Shown here piece after piece: positions 32,512 to 42,098 of a stretch of DNA of 58,366 nt. The stretch comes from Candidatus Eiseniibacteriota bacterium. Its GTDB lineage: Bacteria; Eisenbacteria; RBG-16-71-46. The notes below the pieces were generated by a model. The model was given only the letters and a program-made list of their open reading frames with translations, did no database searches and was not told the DNA's origin. Position numbers and translations under genes: made by a program. Location: NCBI GenBank assembly GCA_038231135.1, contig JBBRLX010000029.1, forward strand, positions 1 to 58,366. The letters are read 5' to 3'. Numbering within the stretch: position 1 is the first letter of the stretch; every line of letters starts with the position of its first letter.

Positions 32512-34725
32512 GTGTTTCGATCCACGCGATCCATCGACGTTCCCGCGCCGTGCGGCGAATTCCACCGCGCCCGACGGCAGGTGCTGGCGGTGATGCTGTG
32601 CGCGGCCACGCTGCTGGCGTGGACGGCGCGCAATGCCGGCGCCAGCGACACCCAGTGGTGGATCGTCGACGATGCCAATGAGCACGCCGAATCCGTGCTG
32701 CGTGGCGTCACGGTGGGACCGGAGGGGGCGCTCCAGCTCGGTCCCCGCAGCTCGAGCACCACGGCCGACAGCCTGGGCACGATCTGGGCGATCGCGATCC
32801 TCAAGGATGGAGCGGTGGCGCTCGCCGGCGATCGCGGTCGCATCGACCGCTGGACCGCGGGCGGCGGAGTGCGGCCGTGGGTGCGGCTGGCCGCGGGGCA
32901 GGTGCTGTCGCTGGCCTCCGACGGCAACGGGCTCCTGGCCGGCACCGGTCCCGACGGCGTGATCTACCGGGTGGGCGCGGGCGGTGACACGAGCACCGTG
33001 GTCCGCACCGGCGAGCGTTACGTGTGGGGCCTCGCCGCGGGCGCCCGCGGCGTGTGGTACGCGGCCACCGGCACGCGCGGACGGCTGCTCAAGATCGAAG
33101 GCGGGCACGTACGGATCGTGCTCGACACCGACGAGAGCAATCTGGTGTCGATCGTGGCCGACGGAGCGGGCGGGGTCTACGCCGGCGGCGATTCGAAGGG
33201 GCGCGTGGTGCAGGTGCGCGCGGACGGCAGCACCCGCACCGTGTTCGACGCGCCCGAGGACGAGGTGCGCGCGCTGGCGATCGGGCGCGACGGCGCGATC
33301 TACGCGGCCGGCCTGAGCGCCGCGGCGGTGACCGGCGCCGTTCCCGCCACGCCGGCCGCGGCCGCGGGTGCGGGCGACGATGGTCCGACCCTCGAGACCG
33401 AGGTCGCGGCCGCGCCCACGCCAACGCGCGCCCCGGGCGGCAGGTCCACGCTCTACCGCATCGTTCCCGACAGTTCGGTGGCGACGTGGTGGACGGTGCC
33501 GCAATCGCTGATCTACGCGCTCGCCGTCACGCCGGCGGGCATCGTGGTCGCGACCGGCAACCGCGCCGCGGTCTACGTGGTGCCGGGCGTGCATTCCGGC
33601 GTGGCATGGCTCACCGCGCCGCAGGGCCAGATCACGTCCCTCGCGGTCGGGCACGACGGGACGGTGTTCGCCGCCGCGTCGAACCCGTGCGCGGTGTGGC
33701 GCATCGGTCCCGACCGCGCCGAGCGCGGCACGCTGGAGTCTCCGGTGTTCGATGCGCGCCGCCTCGCCCGCTGGGGGCGCATCGTGTGGCACGGCCCGGC
33801 GAAGGGCCACGTGGAGCTCGACACCCGCAGCGGCAACTCCGATCCCCCCGACACCACCTGGACCGCGTGGCGAAGGCCGGGTGGCGACGACCGCATCGCA
33901 TCGCCGCCCGGCCGGTACGTGCAGTGGCGCATCACGCTGACCGGCGCGACCACGCGCGTGGAGGCCGTCGACGTGGCGTGGCGCGAGCAGAACCTCGCGC
34001 CGCGCGTCGAGGACGTCGTGGTGGCGCCGCAGGCGCAGGCGTTCCGCGAGGGCGATCTGGTGCCGCGCACCGATCCTGTGACGCAGACGCTGCCCGGTGG
34101 CCAGAAAGTCGAGTATTCGATTCCGTCGCCGACGACGCCGCGGCAGCTCCGTGAGTTGCCGGCGTGGGCCGCGGGGATCCGCACCGTGCAATGGAAGGGC
34201 AGCGATCCCAACGGCGATCCGCTGCGTTACACGGTCGCGGTCGCGGGTTCGCTCGACGGACCGTGGACCGAGATCGCCACCAACCTCGAGGCGCCGTCGT
34301 TCACGTGGGACACCCACACGCTCGGCGACGGGGACTATCGCGTGCGGGTCACCGCGTCGGATGCGCCGGGCAACGCGAACGGGGAGGAGGCCCAGGCCTC
34401 CGCCGTCAGCGAGCCGTTCCGGATCGACAACACCCCGCCCGCGATCGGCGCGTTCGACGCCACCGTGGTGTCCGGCGGCGTGCGGCTCGAGGGCACGGCG
34501 CGCGACGCTCAGAGCCCGCTGTCACGGATCGAGGTCGCGATGGACAACGACGACTGGCGCCCGGTCACTCCGGACTCGGGATTCACCGACGATCTGGCGG
34601 CGGCGTTCCACGTCACGATCCGCGGCGTCAAGCCCGGTGACCACCAGTTCGGCCTGCGCGTCGTCGACCTGGCTGGCAACAGCGTCACCCGCGCGCGGCA
34701 CGTCACCGTCCCCGCGGCGCGCTGA
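32512..34725 (+). CDS. secreted beta-propeller protein with C-terminal FN3/Ig-like domains
   Basis: AAGGAGG RBS; repeated blades (LLAGTGPDGVIYRV, YAATGTRGRLLKI, YAGGDSKGRVVQV); DPNGDPLRY..DGDYRVRVTASD. Confidence 0.78.
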   Translation: MFRSTRSIDVPAPCGEFHRARRQVLAVMLCAATLLAWTARNAGASDTQWWIVDDANEHAESVLRGVTVGPEGALQLGPRSSSTTADSLGTIWAIAILKDGAVALAGDRGRIDRWTAGGGVRPWVRLAAGQVLSLASDGNGLLAGTGPDGVIYRVGAGGDTSTVVRTGERYVWGLAAGARGVWYAATGTRGRLLKIEGGHVRIVLDTDESNLVSIVADGAGGVYAGGDSKGRVVQVRADGSTRTVFDAPEDEVRALAIGRDGAIYAAGLSAAAVTGAVPATPAAAAGAGDDGPTLETEVAAAPTPTRAPGGRSTLYRIVPDSSVATWWTVPQSLIYALAVTPAGIVVATGNRAAVYVVPGVHSGVAWLTAPQGQITSLAVGHDGTVFAAASNPCAVWRIGPDRAERGTLESPVFDARRLARWGRIVWHGPAKGHVELDTRSGNSDPPDTTWTAWRRPGGDDRIASPPGRYVQWRITLTGATTRVEAVDVAWREQNLAPRVEDVVVAPQAQAFREGDLVPRTDPVTQTLPGGQKVEYSIPSPTTPRQLRELPAWAAGIRTVQWKGSDPNGDPLRYTVAVAGSLDGPWTEIATNLEAPSFTWDTHTLGDGDYRVRVTASDAPGNANGEEAQASAVSEPFRIDNTPPAIGAFDATVVSGGVRLEGTARDAQSPLSRIEVAMDNDDWRPVTPDSGFTDDLAAAFHVTIRGVKPGDHQFGLRVVDLAGNSVTRARHVTVPAAR

Positions 34726-34791
34726 GGCGGGAATGGCCGCGCGGCCCCATGAACCAGCGCCCGCGCCGGGGCGCCACCGGACGGGGGCCGT

Positions 34792-36702
34792 GTGACGTTC
34801 CGCACATTGCTCGCGGACGTGCGCGCCGAGGCGTCGGGGATCAAGGCGCTGGACTCGGTGCGTGTGCTCGCCGGCCATCACCGCGTGCAGGCGAGCCCCG
34901 GGTTCGACGCCGCGGCCGCGTGGCTCGCAGGGCAGCTCCGTGGCCTGGGACTCGAGCCCGAGATCGACACCGTGCCCGGCGACGGCGTCACGCGCTACTG
35001 GGGCACGGTGATGCCCGAGGGCTGGAGCTGCGAGCGCGCGACGGCGACGCTGATCGGCGCCGCGTCCCGTGAGCCGCTGTGCGACTACGCGGAGTGCCGG
35101 CTGTCGCTCGTGCAGCGCAGCGCACCCGGGGCCGGCCGGTACCCGATCGTGACGCCGGACGGCGACGGCACCGAGGACGCGCACTACTTGGGTGTCGCCG
35201 TCGCGGGCCGCGTCGTGCTGGCGGCGGGCGGCGCTCATCGCGTGCACACGCTGGCGGTCGTCGAGCGCGGCGCGGCCGGGATCCTGTGCGACGGCCGCCG
35301 GCTCGTGCCCCCGGTGCGGGGCCCCACGGACGACCCCGACCAGGTCGCCTACACGTCGTTCTGGTGGAGCGGCGACGAGCCACGCGGCTGGGGGTTCGTC
35401 GTGAGTCCTCAGACGGGCGCCGGGCTGCGCGCTCGGCTGGCCCGCGGCGAGCCGCTCGAGCTCGACGTCGAGGTCGTGAGCCGCCGGTTCGCGACACCGA
35501 TCCCGCTGGTGTCGGCGCGCATCCCGGGCACGCTGGACGACGAGGTGCTGGTGGTCGCCCACCTGTGTCACCCGCAGCCGAGCGCGAACGACAACGCGTC
35601 GGGCGTGGCGGCCGCGCTCGAGACCGCGCGCGTGCTGCAACTGCTCGCGACGCGCGGGGCGTGGCGCCCGCGCCGCGGCGTGCGGTTCCTGTGGATGCCC
35701 GAGCTGACCGGCACCCACGCGTGGCTCGCGAGCGATCCGGCGCGGACCCGCCGCATCACGGCGGCGGTCAACCTCGACATGGTGGGCGAGCACCAGGATC
35801 GCTGCGGCAGCACGTTCCTGCTCGAGCGCCCGCCGTGCTTCGCGGCGTCGTTCGCGGAGGACCTGCTGGCGGTGATCCGCGCCGAGGCCGTGGACTGGGT
35901 CACGTCCTATTCCGGGCCGGGGCACTACTCGCTCACGCGCATGTCCGAGGTGCCGTACTCGGGCGGCAGCGATCACGCGGTGTTCATCGATCCCGCCGTC
36001 GGGGTGCCGTGCCCGATGCTGATCCAGTGGCCGGACCTGTTCTACCACTCGTCGCACGACACCCCGGACAAGACCGATCCGCGTTCGCTGGAGCTGGCCG
36101 TGCGCTGTGCCGCGACCTACGCCGGCCACCTGGCGGCGCTCGACTCGGGCGGCGCGATCGAGTTGCTGGACGGACTGGCGCGGCGCGCGCGGGGTGGCGT
36201 GCTGCGCGCGCTCGACGCCGTCGAGCCGCGCCGGGCGGCCGCGCGGGCCGCGCAGGCCGGCGGGCGCGCCATCGCGAGCCTTGCACGCCTCGGCGTGCCG
36301 CCGGCGCGGCTGGCCGAGGCGTTCCGGGAGTTCGAGGCGTTCGTCGCCCGCGAAGCGCCCGAGGCGATCCGCGACGACGACGTCGGCGACCGGGATCCGG
36401 CCCTGGACCGGGTGCCGCGCCGCCACGTGCCCGCGCCGCTCGATTCGCAGCGGCACCTGCTGCCCGGGTTCGCGGCGCTGAGCCGCGGCGAACGCGAGGC
36501 GATGCGGGTGTTCGAGCGTGAGGCCCGGGGCGGGGCGACCGGGTTCGAGCTCGCCTGGTACGCCTGCGACGGCACGCGCGACCTGCGCACGATCGCGTCG
36601 CTCGTCAAGCTCGAAACCGGCCTGGATGCTCGCGAGCAGGTGCGCGGCTGGTTCGAGTGGACGGCCCGGCTCGGGCTGTCGGAGTGGGCGTCCACGTTTT
36701 GA
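34792..36702 (+). CDS. M28-like aminopeptidase with PA insert and C-terminal winged helix (DUF4910-like)
   Basis: AHLCHP, ANDNASG, NLDMVG, GSDH, YHSSHDT; C-terminal CDGTRDLRTIA. Confidence 0.8.
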   Translation: MTFRTLLADVRAEASGIKALDSVRVLAGHHRVQASPGFDAAAAWLAGQLRGLGLEPEIDTVPGDGVTRYWGTVMPEGWSCERATATLIGAASREPLCDYAECRLSLVQRSAPGAGRYPIVTPDGDGTEDAHYLGVAVAGRVVLAAGGAHRVHTLAVVERGAAGILCDGRRLVPPVRGPTDDPDQVAYTSFWWSGDEPRGWGFVVSPQTGAGLRARLARGEPLELDVEVVSRRFATPIPLVSARIPGTLDDEVLVVAHLCHPQPSANDNASGVAAALETARVLQLLATRGAWRPRRGVRFLWMPELTGTHAWLASDPARTRRITAAVNLDMVGEHQDRCGSTFLLERPPCFAASFAEDLLAVIRAEAVDWVTSYSGPGHYSLTRMSEVPYSGGSDHAVFIDPAVGVPCPMLIQWPDLFYHSSHDTPDKTDPRSLELAVRCAATYAGHLAALDSGGAIELLDGLARRARGGVLRALDAVEPRRAAARAAQAGGRAIASLARLGVPPARLAEAFREFEAFVAREAPEAIRDDDVGDRDPALDRVPRRHVPAPLDSQRHLLPGFAALSRGEREAMRVFEREARGGATGFELAWYACDGTRDLRTIASLVKLETGLDAREQVRGWFEWTARLGLSEWASTF

Positions 36703-36789
36703 AAAACCGCGGGGCTCGACGGCTGCCCGTATGCACGGGCGGTGGCCGTGTTGTTATACTCGCCCGCCTCTAGGGTGCCGGCCTCGCCG

Positions 36790-37560
36790 TCACACGGTGT
36801 CGAGCACGGCCACGGCCCACAGCCGGCCGGTCGCGCCGCCGTCCCGGCGATGCGAGAAGTAGCGCCGGGCGTCGCATGCCGTGCATTCACCCACATCCGA
36901 GACGTGTTCGGGACGAATTCCGGCTGCCGCGAGGTGGATGCGGCAGGCGGCGACCAGATCGAGATGCCAGGCGCCGTCTTCGAGGTGCCGGGTGGCCGCG
37001 GGAAACCGCTCGGCCACGTCGGCGCCGACGCGATAGCAACAGGAGCGAATGGAGGGTCCGACGTACACGTGCACACGTTCCCGGGCGATCGGGGCCAGTT
37101 CGCACAGCGCCTCGACCGCGGCGCGGGGCATGCCGTCCGCGGTGCCGCGCCAGCCGGAATGGACGACCGCGACCCCGTGCGGACCTGCCATCACGAGGGG
37201 CACGCAGTCGGCGGCCGTCACCGCGACGGCGAGGCCGGGCTCGGTGGTCACGAGCGCGTCGCCATCCGGGACGAGTCCGGGCGTCGTGGCGCGCAGCACG
37301 CGGGTGCCGTGCACCTGGCCCACCGTGGCGAGCCGGTCGGGCGCGCCGCCGAGCGCCGCCAGCAGCCGGCGGCGGTTCTCGGTGATCGCTGCGGGGTCGT
37401 CGGCGGTCGAACGACCGAGATTCAAGCTGTCGAACGGCGCCCGGCTCACGCCGCCGAGCCGCGTCGAGAACGCGAACGTCACATCGCCATCGCGGGCCCG
37501 CCAGCAGGGCACGTCCGCGCCGGAATCCAGAGCGGGCACCGCCATCGCACCATCGTGCAT
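36790..37560 (-). CDS. pgeF: YfiH/PgeF-family purine nucleoside phosphorylase / laccase-domain protein
   Basis: STRLGGVS, QVHG, ADCVP, HSGWRG, GPSIRSCCY, CTAC..YFSHRR. Confidence 0.92.
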   Translation of the reverse strand: MHDGAMAVPALDSGADVPCWRARDGDVTFAFSTRLGGVSRAPFDSLNLGRSTADDPAAITENRRRLLAALGGAPDRLATVGQVHGTRVLRATTPGLVPDGDALVTTEPGLAVAVTAADCVPLVMAGPHGVAVVHSGWRGTADGMPRAAVEALCELAPIARERVHVYVGPSIRSCCYRVGADVAERFPAATRHLEDGAWHLDLVAACRIHLAAAGIRPEHVSDVGECTACDARRYFSHRRDGGATGRLWAVAVLDTV

Positions 37561-37625
37561 CGTGTGCGCACCGTAGGGAACCCGTGCCGCCACGGTCAAG
37601 AACCCCGCACTTTCGAGGAGTACGC

Positions 37626-40562
37626 GTGAAGCGAATCACGAACATCCGCCCGTCGGCGTTGTGGATCCTGCTGGTACTCGCGACCTGGTCACGGGCCGGC
37701 ACGGCGGCTCCGGCCGCCGCGCCGCGCGCCACCGCCGCCGGCCCCGCGGTCGCGACCGTCGGCACGCTGCGCGTGCCGCGCGCCGACTACGAGCACGCCG
37801 CGGCTGTCGCGCTCGACGAATATCAGCGCACGCGGGGCACGCAACCGAGCGACGAATTGCGGCTGTTGATCCGCCGCCAGGCACTCGAGCAGCTGATCCG
37901 GGCGAAGCTGCTCGAACTCGAGGCCCGCCGTGGCGCGGTTCCGGTGAGCGAGGCGGAGATCGAGGCGGAGTTCCGCACGCACCCGTTCTTCAACGAGAAC
38001 GGCCGGTTCGACGCGTCGCGGTTCGAGAAGGTGAAGCAGGCGAACTCCGCGCAGTATCGCGCCACGCTGGCGGCGATCCGCGCCGACATCGCGAACCGCA
38101 AGCTCGCGAGGCAGGTGGCGGCGCAGGTGGCGCCCGATCCGGCGAAGTTGCAGGCCGAAGTCGAGCGGGGTCTCACGCGCGCGACGCTCGACCTGCTGGC
38201 GCTCCGGCTGTCGGAGTTCGACGGCACCGTTCCCGAGCCGCGCGAGAGCGACGTGCTCGACTACTATCGCGCGCACCTGCACGATTTCGAGCGGCCGTCG
38301 CGCGCCGAGCTGAGCATCATCCAGATCGGCGAAGCGTCGAGCGAGCGCGGCCGCGCCGTCGCGGACAGCCTGATCGCCGCGCTGCACGGCGGCGTCACGT
38401 TCGAAGGCGCGAGTGCCGGCTACGGCGGGGCGCGCACCAAGATCCTCGTCGCCGCGAACGACTTCCCGGCCTACTGGCGCGGCGACGCCGCCGTGTCGGG
38501 CGCGGTGTTCCGCCGGCCGAGCGGCAGCGTGCTCGACGCGCCGGTCCCGGGCCGCGACGGCTGGCTGGTGGTGCGTGTCGACGACGTGCGTCCCGCGGGC
38601 GTCGCGCCGCTGCGCGAGGCGTCGCGGGAGATCCGCCGCCTGCTGCGCGAGAACGCCCAGGCCCACGGGTCCGATCGCGAGCTCAAGGCGATGTACGATG
38701 ACCGGCGCGGGATGCTGAAGACCACCGCCTACAAGGTCCGCTACGCCGTGCTGGATCCGGCGACGATCACGGTGGGTGAACCGTCGGCGGCGGATCTCGA
38801 GAGCTACTATCGCGGCCACCTCGCGGACTTCAGCGCCTACGACGCGGCGACCGCGGCGATCCGGACCCGGCCGCTCGCGGAAGTGACGACGGACGTGCGC
38901 GCGCGCTGGACCGTGGAGCACCGCGGCGACCTGACGCGCGGCGCGGCGGCGCGGCTCGAGGCGGCGTGGCGGGCCGGCCGGCGCGACCGCGCGCTCGAAG
39001 CCGCCTCGCGGGTGCGCGACATGGGCCCGCTGCCGCTCGGCGCGCCGGTCGATACCGGTCGCGCGGGCGCGATCGTCGGCGATTCGCTGCTGGCGCGGAA
39101 CGGCGCGCCGGGCACCGGTGTCACGGCGCTCGCGGACGGCGCGATCCTGGTGTTCGACATCTACCAGGTGCTGCGCGACTACGTGCCCACGTTCGAGGAG
39201 TACCGGGCGAGCCTGGTCGGACGGCTCGCCGCGAAGCAGGCCGAGGACACGGAGCGCGAGGCGCATGCGCTGTTCGATCGCGATCCGGCGCGCTGGGCGA
39301 CGGGGCGCACCCTGTACTTCCACGAGATCCAGGTGCCGCTGCTGGATCCGCTCGAAGTCCCGCTCACGCGCAGCGAGGTCGAGCACTACCACCTGTCGCA
39401 CATCGACCGGTACTCGGCTCCGCAACAGCTCCGGGCCCGCCACATCCTCGTGAGCCCCAAGGATCCGGGGGCGGACGCCGACGCGGCGGCGCGCCGCACG
39501 GCCGAGGATCTGCTCAAGCGCGTGCGTGCGGGCGAGGATTTCGAGGAACTCGCGCGCCGTTACTCCGACGACGCTCCCACCGCGCCCAAGGGTGGCGACC
39601 TCGGGTTCTTCGGCCGCGGCGCCATGCTCGAGGAGTTCGAGCGGGCGGCGTTCGCGCTGAAGGTGGGGGAGACGAGCGGGCTCGTGAAGACCGTCGCGGG
39701 CTACCACATCATCAAGGTCATCGACGAGCTGCCGATGGTGGCCGAGCCGCTCATGCACGTCTACCCCAACGTGGGATACGACGCAGCGCTCGAGAAGTCG
39801 GAGCGCCTCGTGCGGGCCCGCGCCGACAGCCTGCTGCGCCTGGCCCACACCCCCGCCCAGATGCGCGCGATCGCGGCGCGGCTCAAGTATCCGGTCATCG
39901 ATCGCGTGTTCAATCTGAGCGAATTCGCGCACCTGCCGAAGGAAGTGCAGGGCTATCTCCGCAGCCTCGAACAGCTGCCGCCGAATTCGCTGCTGCCCAC
40001 GGCCCGGCTGCTCAAGGGTAACGCCATGCAGATCTCGTGGCTCGACAGCACCGGGGCGTCGCGCACCGTGGCCTGGGAGGATGTGAAGGACCAGGTGATC
40101 GAACAGCTCCGCACCGGCGCCCCGCGCCGGGCCCTCGAGGCGAAGCGCGCCGAGCTCGACAGCCTGTTCGCCGCGGGCTGGTCGGTCGACAGCGTGGCGA
40201 CGCTGTGGGGCGGAGTGGAACACGTCACCGGCGTGACCGCGGGCAAGGGAGTCGTGGGTCTCGGCGGGCCGGTGGCGATCGATTCGCTGGTGTTCGGCGG
40301 CGCGCGCCCGCCCGCGATCGGCGACCGGGTGTGGAGCGGCTGGGTGGTGCTCGATCGCGGCCTCGCGCGGGTGAGGGTGGTGTCGAGGACCCCGCCCGGC
40401 GTGGACGTGGTGACGGCGCGCGTCGACAGCCGGCGACGGCTCATCACCGAGCGTGGCCTGCAGGCGTACTTCGGCAAGCTCTGGACCCGATACCCGGTGC
40501 GGATCCTCGACCCGGAGCTCAGCCAGGTCACGCTGCCACCGCTGCCCGACGACGCGCGCTAA
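37626..40562 (+). CDS. large SurA/PpiD-like periplasmic chaperone with parvulin PPIase domain
   Basis: GAGGAG RBS; signal peptide; FFNENGRFD; RARHILV...FEELARRYSDD..GGDLGFF..FERAAF..GYHIIKV. Confidence 0.85.
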   Translation: MKRITNIRPSALWILLVLATWSRAGTAAPAAAPRATAAGPAVATVGTLRVPRADYEHAAAVALDEYQRTRGTQPSDELRLLIRRQALEQLIRAKLLELEARRGAVPVSEAEIEAEFRTHPFFNENGRFDASRFEKVKQANSAQYRATLAAIRADIANRKLARQVAAQVAPDPAKLQAEVERGLTRATLDLLALRLSEFDGTVPEPRESDVLDYYRAHLHDFERPSRAELSIIQIGEASSERGRAVADSLIAALHGGVTFEGASAGYGGARTKILVAANDFPAYWRGDAAVSGAVFRRPSGSVLDAPVPGRDGWLVVRVDDVRPAGVAPLREASREIRRLLRENAQAHGSDRELKAMYDDRRGMLKTTAYKVRYAVLDPATITVGEPSAADLESYYRGHLADFSAYDAATAAIRTRPLAEVTTDVRARWTVEHRGDLTRGAAARLEAAWRAGRRDRALEAASRVRDMGPLPLGAPVDTGRAGAIVGDSLLARNGAPGTGVTALADGAILVFDIYQVLRDYVPTFEEYRASLVGRLAAKQAEDTEREAHALFDRDPARWATGRTLYFHEIQVPLLDPLEVPLTRSEVEHYHLSHIDRYSAPQQLRARHILVSPKDPGADADAAARRTAEDLLKRVRAGEDFEELARRYSDDAPTAPKGGDLGFFGRGAMLEEFERAAFALKVGETSGLVKTVAGYHIIKVIDELPMVAEPLMHVYPNVGYDAALEKSERLVRARADSLLRLAHTPAQMRAIAARLKYPVIDRVFNLSEFAHLPKEVQGYLRSLEQLPPNSLLPTARLLKGNAMQISWLDSTGASRTVAWEDVKDQVIEQLRTGAPRRALEAKRAELDSLFAAGWSVDSVATLWGGVEHVTGVTAGKGVVGLGGPVAIDSLVFGGARPPAIGDRVWSGWVVLDRGLARVRVVSRTPPGVDVVTARVDSRRRLITERGLQAYFGKLWTRYPVRILDPELSQVTLPPLPDDAR

Positions 40563-40756
40563 AGCGCCGTCGCGCGTCGTCGTGCGGATTCCATGACGAG
40601 CGCGCGGGGCGGAGGTGCAGTCTGCACGGTGCCGCGAGCGGGGCGGCGGCACGCCTCCTCCTGGAGCGAGCTTCCGGGCCGGTTTCGGGTGCCCGCGGCG
40701 GGCGGCCGTCGTGGTACGACCCCTGCAGGTACGTATCCGGGAGGGATTCACGGACG

Positions 40757-42046
40757 ATGGCTACCCTCGATTCCATAGTGCACGACGGCGATCTCAAGCG
40801 GATCGTCCTGATCGACTTCGACTGGGCCGACGCCGACCTGATGCCGGAGCTGTTGCGGCATCCCGGTCTGAGCGTGCGGCTGGTCGCGGGCGCGAGTGCC
40901 GACGACGCCGGCGTCCGGGTGGCGGAGCTGTGCGGGGTGCCGCGCACGCTCGAGCTCGCCGATCTCACCCGTGAGACGTTCGATCTCGCGCTGGTGGGGG
41001 ATGCCAGTCCGCGCCGCGCCCACGTCCTCGGGCTGGTGCACGCGTTCGGCACGCCGGTGCTGTCGCCCCACACGTTCCTGGGCGGCCTGCGCGGGTTCGA
41101 GCGGCGCCGCCGGGTGCCGATGTCCGCGGGCGCACGCGCGCTCGGCGCCCTCACCGGCGACGATGTCGCCGCGCTGGTCGAGCATGCGATCCCCGATCTC
41201 GCCGAGACCGAGCCGGCAGCCAAACCGCCGGCCGCCCGCTGGTCGGACGAATCGCAGCCCATGCCGCTGCCCGGCGACCGGCTGGGACTCGAGCGGCTGA
41301 TCGCGCAGCTCGCGGACCGGACCGGAGCATTCGCGTCCGCGCTGATGGTGCAGCGTGGCGAGACGTTCTCGTTCCCGGCGACAAACGGCGCCGACGACCC
41401 GTTGCTGCGGTCGCTCGGCGAGCTGGCGCTGCGGCTCGATGCCCCGCAGGTGGTGTGCCGCATGAATGGCACCGAGCCGGGCCGGGTGTGGGGAGCGTGG
41501 CCGTTCCGCACCCGCGAACACCGCGCCGTGCTGCTCGCCGCCGGCCTCGCGCCCGACGGGGGCGCCGAGGCGTGGGAGCGTGCGTCGTTCGAGTTGCGCT
41601 ACACGTGGGAGCGCGCCGGCGCCGACGTGACGGGTTCGCCCGAGGAGCGATTTCGCAACCGCTGGCTGACGCCGGCCGAGTTCCGCAGCCGGCTGCGGCT
41701 CGCGATCGAACGCCATCAGCGCGACGACCGCCGCTGTGCGATCCATCGGCTGCACCTGGACGGCGCTCCGGGGATGCTGGAGGTGCTGTGCCAGCGGGTG
41801 CCGGAGGTGCTGCGCGCCACCGATTGCCTGTGTCATCCCGCGCCCGGAATCGTGCTGCTGCTGGTGAGCGGCACGGTGCCGGAGTACGCGCGGGTGCGCG
41901 CGCGCATCGACGCCCTGTGGTCGCAGTGCTGGCGCGAGTCCGGCCGCGACGCGCCGCCGATCGGCGACGAGCGCATCGAGCTGCTGTCGAGTGCGGACGC
42001 CGAGGTGTTCATGACGGCGGCTTCGGGGTGGCTGCTGGCGCGCTGA
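40757..42046 (+). CDS. hypothetical signalling protein (Rossmann-like N-terminus, possible GAF-like middle, degenerate GGDEF-like C-terminus)
   Basis: In-frame ATG after GGGAGG; EFRSRLRLAIER...EVLRATDCL resembles a GGDEF fold lacking the GGDEF motif. Confidence 0.55.
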   Translation: MATLDSIVHDGDLKRIVLIDFDWADADLMPELLRHPGLSVRLVAGASADDAGVRVAELCGVPRTLELADLTRETFDLALVGDASPRRAHVLGLVHAFGTPVLSPHTFLGGLRGFERRRRVPMSAGARALGALTGDDVAALVEHAIPDLAETEPAAKPPAARWSDESQPMPLPGDRLGLERLIAQLADRTGAFASALMVQRGETFSFPATNGADDPLLRSLGELALRLDAPQVVCRMNGTEPGRVWGAWPFRTREHRAVLLAAGLAPDGGAEAWERASFELRYTWERAGADVTGSPEERFRNRWLTPAEFRSRLRLAIERHQRDDRRCAIHRLHLDGAPGMLEVLCQRVPEVLRATDCLCHPAPGIVLLLVSGTVPEYARVRARIDALWSQCWRESGRDAPPIGDERIELLSSADAEVFMTAASGWLLAR

Positions 42047-42098
42047 GCACCAACGCGGGCGGTTGAGGGTTTCGCCGCGCCGTGCCATGCTGGCCGCC

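Noticed and set aside
37689..40751. Very long antisense or alternate-frame ORFs (e.g. 1020 aa here, also 28630-30867, 42009-44279)
   Set aside because: Shadow ORFs expected at high GC; Arg/Ala/Pro-rich, no motifs, and they overlap well-supported genes
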